Origin: a virus
Virus genome (UHGV): UHGV-0179848
DNA: 39,611 nucleotides
Strand: one strand, 5' to 3'
Positions 8,143 to 18,473 of the stretch are shown here, one piece after another. Under the pieces are notes generated by a model. It ran no database searches. It was not told the origin of the DNA and saw only the letters and a list, made by a program, of their open reading frames with translations. Position numbers and translations under genes: made by a program. Position 1 is the stretch's first letter, and each line of letters starts with the position of its first letter.

Positions 8143-9218
8143 GTGATTTCCCCCACGGTCAGCAACTCTGTATCTCCGGCCATCACGGATTTCAGCGGAC
8201 TTCGAACGTCAAAATCTTCCAGTCCTTTCACCCCTGCAACAGCCCGCCAGAATGATGAAGGCAGCACCAGTCCACCCGGCCGCGATTCGTTATAAAGCAG
8301 GTCCGTTAATGCCTGTTTTACGGCAGCCTGATTTTCCGGCGTTTTGGGTACAATCCTTATCTCAAACACCACCGGCTTATTGGTCAGCTTAAACACGCTG
8401 ATTGTCGGCCCAAGTGGCTGACCAACGGGCTGGCCCGTCGCCGGATCATCATGACTGCGGATATAATCCGCCACCCGCTTCACATCACCTTCCCCGGGGA
8501 AAATGTCAGGGTTATTATCCTGAACAAAAGTCACACCAACACTACCAGCCTCAGGCCATTCAGGCTTACACCATGCCCGCGTCACGCCAGGTACTTCCCG
8601 TGCCCAGCGTTCAAAATCATACTGTGTTCCCCCTGATGGCGGGTTCTGTACCCGGAATACCAGCCTGGACAGCAACTCCGGCACCGTTTCCACATCCGCA
8701 CCACCGGTGAGTCCCGTGCCGGTGACCGTGGCTGTCTGGTTGATGCCCGCCTGTGGTGTGATAAAGGACAGGCGGGTTCCGGTCGGGGTATTTCCGGCGC
8801 GCCCCGCACTTTCCGCCTCCACATTAACATTCAGTGTTCCGGCTTTTCCGGTCGCAGAGCCAGTGATGCGGTACACAACACCATCGCTTCGCTGAAGGAG
8901 TACGCCTTCCGTGATCCCTGCATCCGTGGTCAGCATCAGTTGTACCGGTCCGTCAGCGCGGGAAGCCGGTTTACGGATGACACCCCAGAATGCGCAGTGT
9001 TTCAGGAGTTCGGCTTCATCAGCTTCTGTCGGAATTATCTGCCGGGAGATCCAGGCCAGATGTTCATGCTCCTGTGCTGACAGCCCCGCCTGTGCATACG
9101 CAATGGCATTCAGGGTGGTTTCATTCACGCCCGGCTGCGAACCGGGCAGGCGCTGGCTGATATCCTGTTGTGTCTGTGTGATCAGTTGCGCCAGTGGTAA
9201 GGGCTGATAAGGCATCAT
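8133..9218 (-). CDS. Baseplate J-like protein (Mu gp47-like)
   Basis: 361 aa, size and position as Mu W; overlapping starts and stops with neighbours. Confidence 0.8.
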   Translation of the reverse strand: MMPYQPLPLAQLITQTQQDISQRLPGSQPGVNETTLNAIAYAQAGLSAQEHEHLAWISRQIIPTEADEAELLKHCAFWGVIRKPASRADGPVQLMLTTDAGITEGVLLQRSDGVVYRITGSATGKAGTLNVNVEAESAGRAGNTPTGTRLSFITPQAGINQTATVTGTGLTGGADVETVPELLSRLVFRVQNPPSGGTQYDFERWAREVPGVTRAWCKPEWPEAGSVGVTFVQDNNPDIFPGEGDVKRVADYIRSHDDPATGQPVGQPLGPTISVFKLTNKPVVFEIRIVPKTPENQAAVKQALTDLLYNESRPGGLVLPSSFWRAVAGVKGLEDFDVRSPLKSVMAGDTELLTVGEITWL

Positions 9219-9652
9219 TCCCCCTTCATATCAGCATAAAAAATCATCGGATGTCTGCTTCCGTCCGGCAGGGTGATTTTCACGGAAAGCGAAAGGCGAT
9301 CATGCCCCACACGCATGGCATGACATACCACGGATGTGGCAGCACCGCTTTTATGCAGCCACGCCAGCGCTTCATCAGCATAGGCCTGTGCACGGCTGAC
9401 CACGGAGGACAGCGTCTTTTCACGGCTTAACAGCCAGAGACGGGAGCCAACGGGGCGCTCCCGGAAACTGTCTCCCCACCATCCCCGCCTGTCACGAGTG
9501 CCGTCAGGGATTTCATCAGAATCCAGCGCCCGCCTGTCCGTAAACAGCGAAATCAGAACGGCCGTCAGCAGACTGTCATCCGTCAGCAGGTCGGCACCGT
9601 TCAGTTGCAGCGAGCCGCACCCCTGATCCCATACAATTGCAATATCAGCCAT
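9215..9652 (-). CDS. Baseplate protein (Mu gp46-like)
   Basis: Start taken at internal Met (MADIAIVWDQG...) giving an 8-bp overlap with the upstream gene; the longer 9215-9796 ORF overlaps gp45 in another frame. Confidence 0.65.
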   Translation of the reverse strand: MADIAIVWDQGCGSLQLNGADLLTDDSLLTAVLISLFTDRRALDSDEIPDGTRDRRGWWGDSFRERPVGSRLWLLSREKTLSSVVSRAQAYADEALAWLHKSGAATSVVCHAMRVGHDRLSLSVKITLPDGSRHPMIFYADMKGE

Positions 9653-10259
9653 TCTCCGGTGCTCCTGTCTTACTGCCTTTGCCGTTATCCTGATGCACAT
9701 GACCGGAATACCGTATCCCTGCAATAACGGCATCCGACATTGTGAACAGTCCCTGAGATTTCCCCGTACCATCAAGCGCGAAATTCCCCTTAACATGCAG
9801 GTTTTTATCCACCGTCACATTGCCCGTAAAGGTGGCTTCCGGCGTATCCACCCGCATCCCCTCGTCGGCGTAAATCTCCAGCATTTTGCATGTCACAATA
9901 ATGCGACCATCCTTTGTTAACCGTATCCGGTGCCCCTCATGGTGATACACCCCCGTATCTCCGGCTTTGAGTCCGGTCGGACGGCTGCGCCGGTCTTCCA
10001 CCACAAGCACCACAGTCTGATCCCGCTGTCCGCCCAGACAGGCAAAAAAGGTTTCTGCACCCGGCAGGGGAACGCTGATCTGCCCGTACTGCTGGGGGCG
10101 CTCCACATCATCAAAGGTTTCGCCGTCCATGCCGGTGAGCTGCACATTCTGCATTTTCAGTTCGTCATGTGTGCCGGTCAGAACGCCCCGGCCAAACAAC
10201 AGGCGAATACCGCGCGTTACCGGGGCAATCAGGCGGCTGAACACTTCATCATTCATCAA
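9645..10259 (-). CDS. Baseplate assembly/spike protein (Mu gp45-like)
   Basis: 204 aa in the Mu Q position; synteny. Confidence 0.75.
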   Translation of the reverse strand: MMNDEVFSRLIAPVTRGIRLLFGRGVLTGTHDELKMQNVQLTGMDGETFDDVERPQQYGQISVPLPGAETFFACLGGQRDQTVVLVVEDRRSRPTGLKAGDTGVYHHEGHRIRLTKDGRIIVTCKMLEIYADEGMRVDTPEATFTGNVTVDKNLHVKGNFALDGTGKSQGLFTMSDAVIAGIRYSGHVHQDNGKGSKTGAPENG

Positions 10260-11373
10260 AGCTGATCCCCTGTTTTTTCATCTGCTGGCGAATAAAGGCA
10301 TCAACATCGTCACCGTAACCACCCCGGCCCTTACTGTCCGGCTCTGCCGGAACGATAAAGCCGTCACGCGGTGCCAGTACCAGCCGGGTGACTTCCCCGT
10401 TCTGTTCATCCAGTAAAAACTCCACCTGACAGACCAGCAGTTCAGTCTGTTCTATACCGAAACGCTGGGCCGAAACACCGGTCAGCAGATTGACATCCCA
10501 TAACCGGCCATCATCCCGGAACCAGCCACGCACGGTGGCAGAAAACCGTTCTGAACGGGCAATCGCACGGCGCATTTCACGCAGGGCACGCTGCCGTGCA
10601 CCGGTGGTGTCTGTCTGTTGATCGGCGAGGATGATTTTCGGCCGGTAGCGGCCGATCTGCTCATCACTGATGACGCCCACAGGTGCTGCCAGCCGGGCGG
10701 CGGACTCGCTGTCTCCCCGTTTGCCACCACCGCGCCCGTGTCCCCGGACACGGTATTCACTGTATCGTCCTCGCCAGTCCGTGTTGTAATCGGCATCAAG
10801 CAGGTTATCTCCCAGCACCAGTCTGTCCGTCTGCTGGCTTCCTGCCTGGGTGAACACCAGATCGCCGTCAGCATTACTGGTCACCAGCACCCCGCGATGC
10901 CGGGCAGAACGGGTCAGCGCATCCGCCACGGTTTCTGAGTTTTCCAGCGTAAAAGAGCTGAAAGGGCGTGCAGCCGTGTCGTCGTTAACCTGCCAGCGCA
11001 CAGCTATCCCGAAGGGCGCACATAAATCTGCGGCAATCTGTGCCAGCGTCCGGTTGCGCCACTGACTGCCGGGGTGGATGGCGGCACAGTCCACCAGATC
11101 GCCGGTTTTATCCCGGCCGCTGATGCTGATCTGATGACGGGTTGCACTGATCCGCTGACTGACCTGATCCAGCCAGCCACTGATGACCGTCTGCCCGTTA
11201 ATTCTGAGCGTCAGGGACTGACCGGTCCGCAGGGCTGAGGGGATGCGCTCACCGGGCAGCATCAGCCCCAGTTCAAACGACCCGGCCAGATGCTCCAGCG
11301 AGCGACGGACGCTGACCGTCAGCCAGCCGGAAAAAATACTGCCGCCGATATACAGTTCAATCCTGCTGCTCAC
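10249..11373 (-). CDS. Baseplate hub protein (Mu gp44 / P-like)
   Basis: 374 aa, size and position as Mu P. Confidence 0.8.
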   Translation of the reverse strand: MSSRIELYIGGSIFSGWLTVSVRRSLEHLAGSFELGLMLPGERIPSALRTGQSLTLRINGQTVISGWLDQVSQRISATRHQISISGRDKTGDLVDCAAIHPGSQWRNRTLAQIAADLCAPFGIAVRWQVNDDTAARPFSSFTLENSETVADALTRSARHRGVLVTSNADGDLVFTQAGSQQTDRLVLGDNLLDADYNTDWRGRYSEYRVRGHGRGGGKRGDSESAARLAAPVGVISDEQIGRYRPKIILADQQTDTTGARQRALREMRRAIARSERFSATVRGWFRDDGRLWDVNLLTGVSAQRFGIEQTELLVCQVEFLLDEQNGEVTRLVLAPRDGFIVPAEPDSKGRGGYGDDVDAFIRQQMKKQGISFDE

Positions 11374-12715
11374 TGATCACCTCCACGCTGCGGCCACCCG
11401 GAACAAAAACCGGATCGGGGATGTTGTTTCTGCGGACAAAATACTGCCAGCGGCGGCTGTTGCCGGTGGCACGGTACAGCGTGACCAGTGCCGGTTCGGT
11501 GGTTCGCACCATGACCTGAAAAGCGCCGGGAAGATGAACACTCCGCGTGGTTAAATCTTCTGTCAGCGCAAGCCCTGCATCACGTAATGCAAGGGCGGTG
11601 CCGGTATGGCCCTGTGCGGACAGATCCAGTACCTGTTGTTCCATGGCATCACTCAAATCCCGGTTGATACGCTGCACATCGGCAGAACTTTCCAGCCAGG
11701 CCAGTCCACCCGCACGGTCAGTATCCTGAACGTGCGTTGTATTCTGCCGGATGACCTGATCCAGCAGTTTCCCGACCGTCTGCGCCTGCGACACCAGGGT
11801 TGCACTCTGCATGACGCTCCGCAGCAGACGGATATTTTTCTGTGCCGCAGGCGTCAGACCAATCAGGCGCTGCGGATCATCCTGTTCGCTGAGGGTGTAA
11901 CGCAGGGAAGAAAGTGTGCGGTACAGCTGCGGCATTGCCTGCTCTGTCATGCTGTCACGGTTTGTGGTCAGGCTGCCGGACGGCCTTCCTGCCTTCCCGG
12001 TCAGTGACAGGGAAGGATTGCCGGGCAGCCCGGTCAGCACGGCAAATATTCCGGCCAGCGATTCAGCCATGCGACGGGGCGCATTAATCAGGGCGGCGGC
12101 ATTGCCTTTAATGGCGGTAAAACTGGCCGTAAAGGCACTGACATCCTGCACAATCCCCATCCCTGAAACGGCATTCTCCAGCGCATCAATCTTATCGCTG
12201 ATGGTGTCGGTCATGGCCTGAACATCATGCAGACCGTCTGAAATCACCGTCCAGCCGTCTGAAAGCGTGTTAAACAGCTGATTCATTGCTGAACCGCTTT
12301 TCTGCTCCAGCGCAGCTGCCGTATCTTCTACCACCGAAGGGGCGGTATCGTCACTGGCGGGTATCACGTTGATCGTGAACTCAACCGTTCCCTGCTCGCT
12401 GGCGTTATAACGGCTTTCAAAGCTGTTTATCAGCACGTTTAACGTGCCGTAATCCGGGTGCATCAGTTCACCGGCACCGGGTGCACGCAGCGCATCACGC
12501 AGGCGGCTTCGCTGTGTCTGAAGATCGTCTCCGGTCACCAGAACCGTGAATGTGAACTCCGGGAGTTTTGGCCCCAGATCATCCGCACCGCCGCTTTCAC
12601 GCAGTGGGTATTCACGGCGCACAATGTTACGTCCGCCCCGTTCCCGCTGCTCCTGATAAACCAGGAACGGTACGCCACGAAAGGAGCCACGCCCCGGCGT
12701 GTCAGTAGAGGCCAT
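11357..12715 (-). CDS. DNA circularisation protein (Mu N / gp43-like)
   Basis: 452 aa immediately downstream of the tape measure gene, as Mu N. Confidence 0.8.
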   Translation of the reverse strand: MASTDTPGRGSFRGVPFLVYQEQRERGGRNIVRREYPLRESGGADDLGPKLPEFTFTVLVTGDDLQTQRSRLRDALRAPGAGELMHPDYGTLNVLINSFESRYNASEQGTVEFTINVIPASDDTAPSVVEDTAAALEQKSGSAMNQLFNTLSDGWTVISDGLHDVQAMTDTISDKIDALENAVSGMGIVQDVSAFTASFTAIKGNAAALINAPRRMAESLAGIFAVLTGLPGNPSLSLTGKAGRPSGSLTTNRDSMTEQAMPQLYRTLSSLRYTLSEQDDPQRLIGLTPAAQKNIRLLRSVMQSATLVSQAQTVGKLLDQVIRQNTTHVQDTDRAGGLAWLESSADVQRINRDLSDAMEQQVLDLSAQGHTGTALALRDAGLALTEDLTTRSVHLPGAFQVMVRTTEPALVTLYRATGNSRRWQYFVRRNNIPDPVFVPGGRSVEVISEQQD

Positions 12716-14759
12716 AGTTCCCTCCGTTCCAGACGTTCACATCCAGGCCATGCTGTGCGGTATCATCCACATCAATACTACGCGCCCGCCAGCCTTCAGG
12801 GGCCACAAGCTCTACCCGTGCGGCGGTTTTCGCGGTGGCCTGTCCGCCGTTTTCGTCACTGCTGCCACGCAGTTTCTGCCAGGCCTGCGTCAGCCAGCCC
12901 CCCAGATAATCACCGAGATAGCTGCCCACTGTGGAACCAATGGCAACCCCGACCGGACCGGCAGCCGCCCCCAGCGCGCCACCGGCGATACTTCCGGCAA
13001 GGGAACCCACGGCACCGGCTTTATCGGCTGCACTGGCGCTGCTGTCCAGCAGTACAGGAGCCGCCATGGCACCGGCCCACAGGGCACCCCCACCCAGCCG
13101 ACCGGCACCACGGAACAGCCCGGCAAAACGCCCCAGCCCCATGCGGTTTCCGGCCGCCGAAAGCAGACCACCGGCACGGCTCATCATACGACCGAAGAAG
13201 CCCTGTTTACCGGCGCTCTCCGCCAGCTGCTCACCGGCGGTCACGACGGTCGTGACACCCCGCCCGCGTCCGGGGCCGCGTTTTTTACGGTAGCGCACGG
13301 TTTTGCCGTCACCGCTGACCACCACATCCCCGCCGCCTGAGGCCAGGCCACCCGCAGGCCAGTTGGTGACCAGCACGGGCTGAACGGCAGCAGGATTTAC
13401 CCCGGTAAGGAAATTCAGGAAGCGGCCAGCGCGTCCGGGCTGCGTTCCCGGCACAGTGGTCTGCGGTTTGCGGAAGGGCGACGTCAGCACGGAGGTCATC
13501 GCCATACCATAGCGTAAGGGGGTTGCGCCGAGACGTAATGCTCCCGCCCCCGCAAACCTGAGCACCTTCAGCGCGCGGGAGGCGAGATACATATACATCA
13601 GGTATTTTGCGGCGGTCTGCGCCCCCTGACCAATACGATCCAGTGCATCGCCATAACCGGCGTCGCGCAGTGCCTGAAGCGTTTCCCTGACTTTCTGAAT
13701 GGCACGGTAAAAGCCGGTTGCAGCGTCTCTGGCATACTCGAATCCCTGATTCAGGGCCGAGGCCGTCTGTGTGGCCAGCTTATCCTGTAAGCCGCTTTTC
13801 TGTGCCGCATCAGCATAATCCAGGAAGCCTTTCAGGCTCTTTTTCAGACTGTCAAACGGTCCCTTTGCCATCACTTCACGGGCAAACTGATCCCAGACGT
13901 CGCCCATCATGGACGTCATTCCCGTCCAGGAATTCATGGCGTTTTTCTGGGCACCTTTTGCCTGTTCGGCCATCACCTGAAATAACAGGCGAATGCTGTC
14001 CGGCCCCAGTTTTCCTTTTTCGCCTTTCTCACGGATGAGCTTCTGGTTTACGCCCAGCTTATCGGCCAGTAACTGGTAAACGTTAATCCCGTATCCGGTC
14101 AGAATATTGGCGTCCGCTGCCTGGATACTCTGGCGGGCAAACATCTGTTTGAGTTGCAGGGACGCACCCTGTGCATCTGACAGTGACCAGCCGTGATAGC
14201 CGCCCTGATCCTGAAGCATGGTAATAAAGCGACGGGCTTCCCTGTCACTCATGCCAAACCCGCGACTGGAGGCGTATTCCTGCATAACCCCCGCCAGCCC
14301 CCAGGTAGTGTCTTTGGCGTTCTGTACTGCCCAGGCTTTCACTGCTTCCGTTTTTGCCTTATCGCCATGATTAATGGCGTTGAGACGCAGAATATAGTTC
14401 TCCATCTCTGCGGCCGGGCGGATAAAGGCTTTATTAAAACCGTAGACCGCAGCCCCTCCCGCCAGCATCCCGTAAAGGTTGCTTATCCGCCCGATGGTGC
14501 CGGTAATGCTGCCCTGCAGGCGGTCAAAATCTGACGTTACCGTGCGGATGCTGCCACGAACACCGGCAAGCGTTCGCTGCATACGGGAGCCGACAAGTTC
14601 TGTTTCCTGACCGGCCCGGCGGGCTGCATTTCCAAGACCACCCAGGCCTGTCCTGCCGGAACGGGAGAACGCCCCCAGCTCCTGTGACCACTGGCGGGAT
14701 TTGGCGGAAATATTGCCGAGTAAATCGACAATCAGGGAGGCTTTCAGGTTTTTTGCCAT
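12702..14759 (-). CDS. Tail tape measure protein (Mu gp42-like)
   Basis: 685 aa, Gly/Ala-rich C-terminal region, located between chaperone and N-like gene. Confidence 0.85.
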   Translation of the reverse strand: MAKNLKASLIVDLLGNISAKSRQWSQELGAFSRSGRTGLGGLGNAARRAGQETELVGSRMQRTLAGVRGSIRTVTSDFDRLQGSITGTIGRISNLYGMLAGGAAVYGFNKAFIRPAAEMENYILRLNAINHGDKAKTEAVKAWAVQNAKDTTWGLAGVMQEYASSRGFGMSDREARRFITMLQDQGGYHGWSLSDAQGASLQLKQMFARQSIQAADANILTGYGINVYQLLADKLGVNQKLIREKGEKGKLGPDSIRLLFQVMAEQAKGAQKNAMNSWTGMTSMMGDVWDQFAREVMAKGPFDSLKKSLKGFLDYADAAQKSGLQDKLATQTASALNQGFEYARDAATGFYRAIQKVRETLQALRDAGYGDALDRIGQGAQTAAKYLMYMYLASRALKVLRFAGAGALRLGATPLRYGMAMTSVLTSPFRKPQTTVPGTQPGRAGRFLNFLTGVNPAAVQPVLVTNWPAGGLASGGGDVVVSGDGKTVRYRKKRGPGRGRGVTTVVTAGEQLAESAGKQGFFGRMMSRAGGLLSAAGNRMGLGRFAGLFRGAGRLGGGALWAGAMAAPVLLDSSASAADKAGAVGSLAGSIAGGALGAAAGPVGVAIGSTVGSYLGDYLGGWLTQAWQKLRGSSDENGGQATAKTAARVELVAPEGWRARSIDVDDTAQHGLDVNVWNGGNYGLY

Positions 14760-14762
14760 GGG

Positions 14763-14957
14763 TTACTGCTTCGTTCTGAGAATTTTTTCGGTCTGTCGGC
14801 AGTGCCGGTAAAGCTGCGATAAGGGGAGGTTAAGCGCCCACTCCGGGCCGCTTTTTGTCACCATCCCCAGCACAATTGCGGCTTCTTCAATCTGATCCCG
14901 GCACTGCATCTGGTCGCCCCCGTTCAGCGACCAGCTTTCCTGCCATCGCGGAATCAA
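14763..14957 (-). CDS. Candidate frameshift extension of the tail assembly chaperone
   Basis: Alternative-frame ORF overlaps the 3' end of 14887-15363 and exactly fills the gap to the tape measure start at 14759; CGGGGGC run in the overlap. Confidence 0.3.
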   Translation of the reverse strand: MIPRWQESWSLNGGDQMQCRDQIEEAAIVLGMVTKSGPEWALNLPLSQLYRHCRQTEKILRTKQ

Positions 14958-15363
14958 GCAGGCTTACCGCCGCCATCAGACGGGAGAGATCGCGCTCGCT
15001 GAGCTGTCCGATCTGACGCGGAGATAATGGCCCCTCAATCTGGCCGACAGCGGCAATCTGACGGCGCAGCAGCGCAATGCCGCGCAGTGCCGGAGAGGCC
15101 ACCAGAACCGGACCGTTTCGGGTTTCCATAAGACGCTCGGCCTCACTCTCCGCATCAATGCTGTCTTTCGCCGTCAGTTCGCGGAAGGTGACGCGGTATT
15201 CACGGGATTCACCGAACGGCAGGCCGTCGAGCAGATCCACATAGCCGTTCACCAGCTGTTCAGCCAGCCCGGCGGTGCGGGGATCGCCGTCCTCAAGTGC
15301 ATCCCGGATAGCCTCCATCACGGCCTCGTCAGAAACCGCCGTTTTTTTCTTACGTGTGGTCAT
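14887..15363 (-). CDS. Tail assembly chaperone (Mu gp41-like)
   Basis: 158-aa acidic protein between tube and tape measure genes. Confidence 0.65.
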   Translation of the reverse strand: MTTRKKKTAVSDEAVMEAIRDALEDGDPRTAGLAEQLVNGYVDLLDGLPFGESREYRVTFRELTAKDSIDAESEAERLMETRNGPVLVASPALRGIALLRRQIAAVGQIEGPLSPRQIGQLSERDLSRLMAAVSLLDSAMAGKLVAERGRPDAVPGSD

Positions 15364-15377
15364 TGCATTTTTCCTGA

Positions 15378-15743
15378 TTACTGGACACGGGTACTGGTGG
15401 CGCTGGCGAACTTCGCGGAGATATCACCGCCACCGTCAATCGAGGCCGGTTCACTGCTCCAGGCCTTCGTCATCATGTGGACTTCACCGGTATCGGCCAC
15501 AAACTCAATCGTGACCGCAGTCCAGGTGTTGATTTCATCGGCAGCCGGTGAACCTTCTCCGCCAGCCGGAAATTTACAGTCCAGCGTCGCCTCACGGGGT
15601 TTCTCGCGATAGCCGTAGACTTTCGCGCCTTTCACCACTTCACGCTCAAAGCCGGACGGGGAGAACGTGGCTCCCTCAAGGGTGGCGTACTCCTGTCCGT
15701 TCACACGGATGGTGGCCGTGCCCTGATACTGTTTTCCGCTCAT
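15378..15743 (-). CDS. Tail tube protein (Mu M / gp40-like)
   Basis: 121 aa directly downstream of the sheath gene. Confidence 0.85.
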   Translation of the reverse strand: MSGKQYQGTATIRVNGQEYATLEGATFSPSGFEREVVKGAKVYGYREKPREATLDCKFPAGGEGSPAADEINTWTAVTIEFVADTGEVHMMTKAWSSEPASIDGGGDISAKFASATSTRVQ

Positions 15744-15751
15744 GCCTTACC

Positions 15752-17254
15752 TCACAAAATGAAACGGATCTGTGCTGCCAGGAAGCGGAACTGGTTAACC
15801 AGATCCGGCGTGCATAACACGTCAAGGCGGTTTCGATCTGACGTATTACGCTCCACAAGCAGATTCTTTTTAAACGTGTCCAGATTTTCGACCAGCCCGA
15901 GTTCCACCCACTCTTCACCCAGCGAAATTAACTGAAGCTTCATGATCTCCGGCGTCACGATATTCTGACCGGCACGAACGGGCGTCCCGTCATCAGCCAG
16001 TTTATGGCGCGGAAAACGTTGAGTGATGAAAGTGCGCAGGGAATAACGCAGATATGACAGGGTGTAGATGGTTTCCACATCCAGATAGCTGGGATCACTT
16101 TCGCCGTACACGTTCTGGCGATACATCGTCACCTGACGCTCAATCTGAACCATATCCCCGGCCGCCACACTGACCGTGGCAATCCCTCCCCACAGCAGAC
16201 TGTTACGCTCTTCACGCGTCAGACGATCGGCCGGGGCCGGGGCCATGCGTGACGGAAGCGCCAGCGTCTGAAGCGGACGCGCAGGATCTGCTCCCAGAGA
16301 GGGTGCACAGGTGGCACAGACCGCCGCTGCCCAGAGGTAATCCGGTTCAGGGGCTTTGGGAATGGATGTGCAGGTCGCCAGAAAATCATTGCGTTTTGCC
16401 CCGAATGCCTGCACCTCACCAAACGTGCCGGTATGTGCCAGCCACAGCACGCCGTCAGACATTTTGGCCGGTCCCCAGCGTTTCAGAAGTTCATCACTGA
16501 TGATTTTCAGGTTTGCATCGTCCTTGTAGGGCATGACAACATAGTTGTACTGGCGATCCCCCATTCCGGCCACACTTCGGGTGATATCGGGATTGCGGGC
16601 TCTTGAGGAGGGAAAGCCTGTCTGGGGCGTCAGCCCTGACGGCAGGGTTTCACCGTCGTGATAATTCAGGCGCAGATCGTGCACAGAGCATTCACCAATG
16701 AAGCGGGCGCTCACTCCCATACTTCCTTTCAGACCGCCTGCATTACTGCCATCAACAACCGCAGATACAGCTGTGAATGGCGCATCAGTATCCTTATTTA
16801 TCAGGGCAACAAGCGCATCAATGATAGCTTTTCCTTTTTGTCCGGCTTTTACGGGCAGCGCATAGCGTCGTCCACCAATATAGATGCAGAGCAAACCATC
16901 GGTCGCAGCCGTACCGGTAAGGTTAAAGGCGGCGGCATTTGCCCCGCCTGTTCCGGCCCCCTGCGCAATAGCATACAGTTCCGCATCAGGATTGATGGCA
17001 ATAAATTCAGCCACCATCAGAGCGATCATGGAGCCACGCCCCCAGAGCTCCACAGCCTGAGAGGCGCGAGTGATCCTGACCGGAACATCCAGCACACCGG
17101 TACCGTCCACAGCATTCTCTTTCATTCTCGCCTGACCAAACAGCAGCACACACTGACGCTGTGCCGGGGTGCCGGTGACCGCCATGGAGTTATTAAACTC
17201 AACCCCAATCAGCGGTATACGGCGGTCATTACCGATCCCGTCAAAATTAATCAT
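15752..17254 (-). CDS. Contractile tail sheath protein (Mu L / gp39-like)
   Basis: 500 aa, size and position as Mu L. Confidence 0.9.
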   Translation of the reverse strand: MINFDGIGNDRRIPLIGVEFNNSMAVTGTPAQRQCVLLFGQARMKENAVDGTGVLDVPVRITRASQAVELWGRGSMIALMVAEFIAINPDAELYAIAQGAGTGGANAAAFNLTGTAATDGLLCIYIGGRRYALPVKAGQKGKAIIDALVALINKDTDAPFTAVSAVVDGSNAGGLKGSMGVSARFIGECSVHDLRLNYHDGETLPSGLTPQTGFPSSRARNPDITRSVAGMGDRQYNYVVMPYKDDANLKIISDELLKRWGPAKMSDGVLWLAHTGTFGEVQAFGAKRNDFLATCTSIPKAPEPDYLWAAAVCATCAPSLGADPARPLQTLALPSRMAPAPADRLTREERNSLLWGGIATVSVAAGDMVQIERQVTMYRQNVYGESDPSYLDVETIYTLSYLRYSLRTFITQRFPRHKLADDGTPVRAGQNIVTPEIMKLQLISLGEEWVELGLVENLDTFKKNLLVERNTSDRNRLDVLCTPDLVNQFRFLAAQIRFIL

Positions 17255-17496
17255 TGCGGTTTCTCCTTATCGGATGCCGGTTGGGCGACCGGTTTTTCTG
17301 TCGCAGTCGTTGCATCCGCAGATACAGCCGGAGCCTCTTCAGCGGCTTTTTCAGCCTGAATGACATCGCCGTCATCAAGACGCCGACACCAGAACGGCGT
17401 GAAGGTTTTTTCCTCCCCCTCCTGTGCCAGCGGGCGCATTGTGTCGGGATCACGAATCAGGCGTCCCGGCGCGGGTTTGATAAAGATGGTTTTCAT
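17251..17496 (-). CDS. Small protein (Mu gp38 position)
   Basis: 81 aa between gp37-like and sheath genes. Confidence 0.55.
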   Translation of the reverse strand: MKTIFIKPAPGRLIRDPDTMRPLAQEGEEKTFTPFWCRRLDDGDVIQAEKAAEEAPAVSADATTATEKPVAQPASDKEKPQ

Positions 17497-18057
17497 TTAC
17501 AGTTCCTCCGGCGGTTCGACCGCCGTTGTCGTGTTCCCCGGCAAATCAATATGTGCCTCAAACGGCGGCGTACCGGGCGGCTCCACAAAGGTTTCGTAAT
17601 GACGCAGGAAGTCGTCCAGCGAGCTGATATCCGTCAGTGGCGCGATCATTTCCTCGCAGGAGAAATAAAGCGCATACATCACGGCCCCACTGTTCGCCTG
17701 GGTTTCGGTGTAACCGTTGACCGCCTTTTCAAAGTAAAGCGGTGAGGTTTTTTCTGTTCTGAAGCCGTTAAGCACGGCAATCAGCCGGGCCACAATCTGA
17801 TACAGTCCGGGACGGCTGGCCTCACGCCCGTTGAGCATGTCGCCGATGACGTAGAACACCCAGTGACTGACCAGGCGACCACGGGTACGGCCTTCACCGG
17901 CACCCAGCCAGGCAACGTAGATCGCCGGAGCGTTAATCAGCATGGTGCGCAGTACGCTGTCGCTCCAGTCGCCGGGATGCGTGTCAACAGACACAAGTTC
18001 ATTCCCGAAATACTCACGGATACGGGCGATGTATGCCTGTTCGGTTTCCGTAATCAT
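17497..18057 (-). CDS. Head-tail joining protein (Mu gp37-like)
   Basis: 186 aa; synteny with Mu K. Confidence 0.7.
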   Translation of the reverse strand: MITETEQAYIARIREYFGNELVSVDTHPGDWSDSVLRTMLINAPAIYVAWLGAGEGRTRGRLVSHWVFYVIGDMLNGREASRPGLYQIVARLIAVLNGFRTEKTSPLYFEKAVNGYTETQANSGAVMYALYFSCEEMIAPLTDISSLDDFLRHYETFVEPPGTPPFEAHIDLPGNTTTAVEPPEEL

Positions 18058-18473
18058 ATGAAGCCCTTCTGGTTGCGCCCGAATACCGCCGCATCAGACT
18101 GAACCTGTGGTAAATCCCCGGATTCAGGGGCCGCACCGTTCGTATCCACACCGACCGGCACATTGCCGTTCATGACATCTTTCAGCCAGGCCAGCGCTTC
18201 GCGGTAACGGTCACGCGCCTGATCGGAGGCTCTCTGATCGCACAGGTAATAAAAGGCAATCGCGCAACAGTGCTGAACAAGAACTGCCGGAATAACCTCC
18301 AGCGGCAGCGTGTAACGGGCGGACAGATAGCTGTCGATAAGGGCTGACGCATCTGTCAGCGCCCGGTTCAGCTTGCGCGTGTCCGGCTCATCCGAACGGG
18401 GCACTGCCAGTAACGGCCTGAGCAAATCCTCGCGGTAACGCGCCCGCATATCGGTTTCAGTGGCGTAATTCAT
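18054..18473 (-). CDS. Head-tail connector protein (Mu gp36-like)
   Basis: 139 aa; synteny with Mu J. Confidence 0.7.
   Translation of the reverse strand: MNYATETDMRARYREDLLRPLLAVPRSDEPDTRKLNRALTDASALIDSYLSARYTLPLEVIPAVLVQHCCAIAFYYLCDQRASDQARDRYREALAWLKDVMNGNVPVGVDTNGAAPESGDLPQVQSDAAVFGRNQKGFI

Noticed and set aside
12458-13340. Long plus-strand ORFs (265, 213 and 120 aa) inside the tape measure gene
   Set aside because: Pro/Arg/Ala-rich translations typical of antisense or off-frame reading of GC-rich coding DNA; fully embedded in a syntenic structural gene
16658-17359. 233-aa plus-strand ORF inside the tail sheath gene
   Set aside because: Antisense shadow ORF within a well-supported structural gene; no ribosome-binding site context
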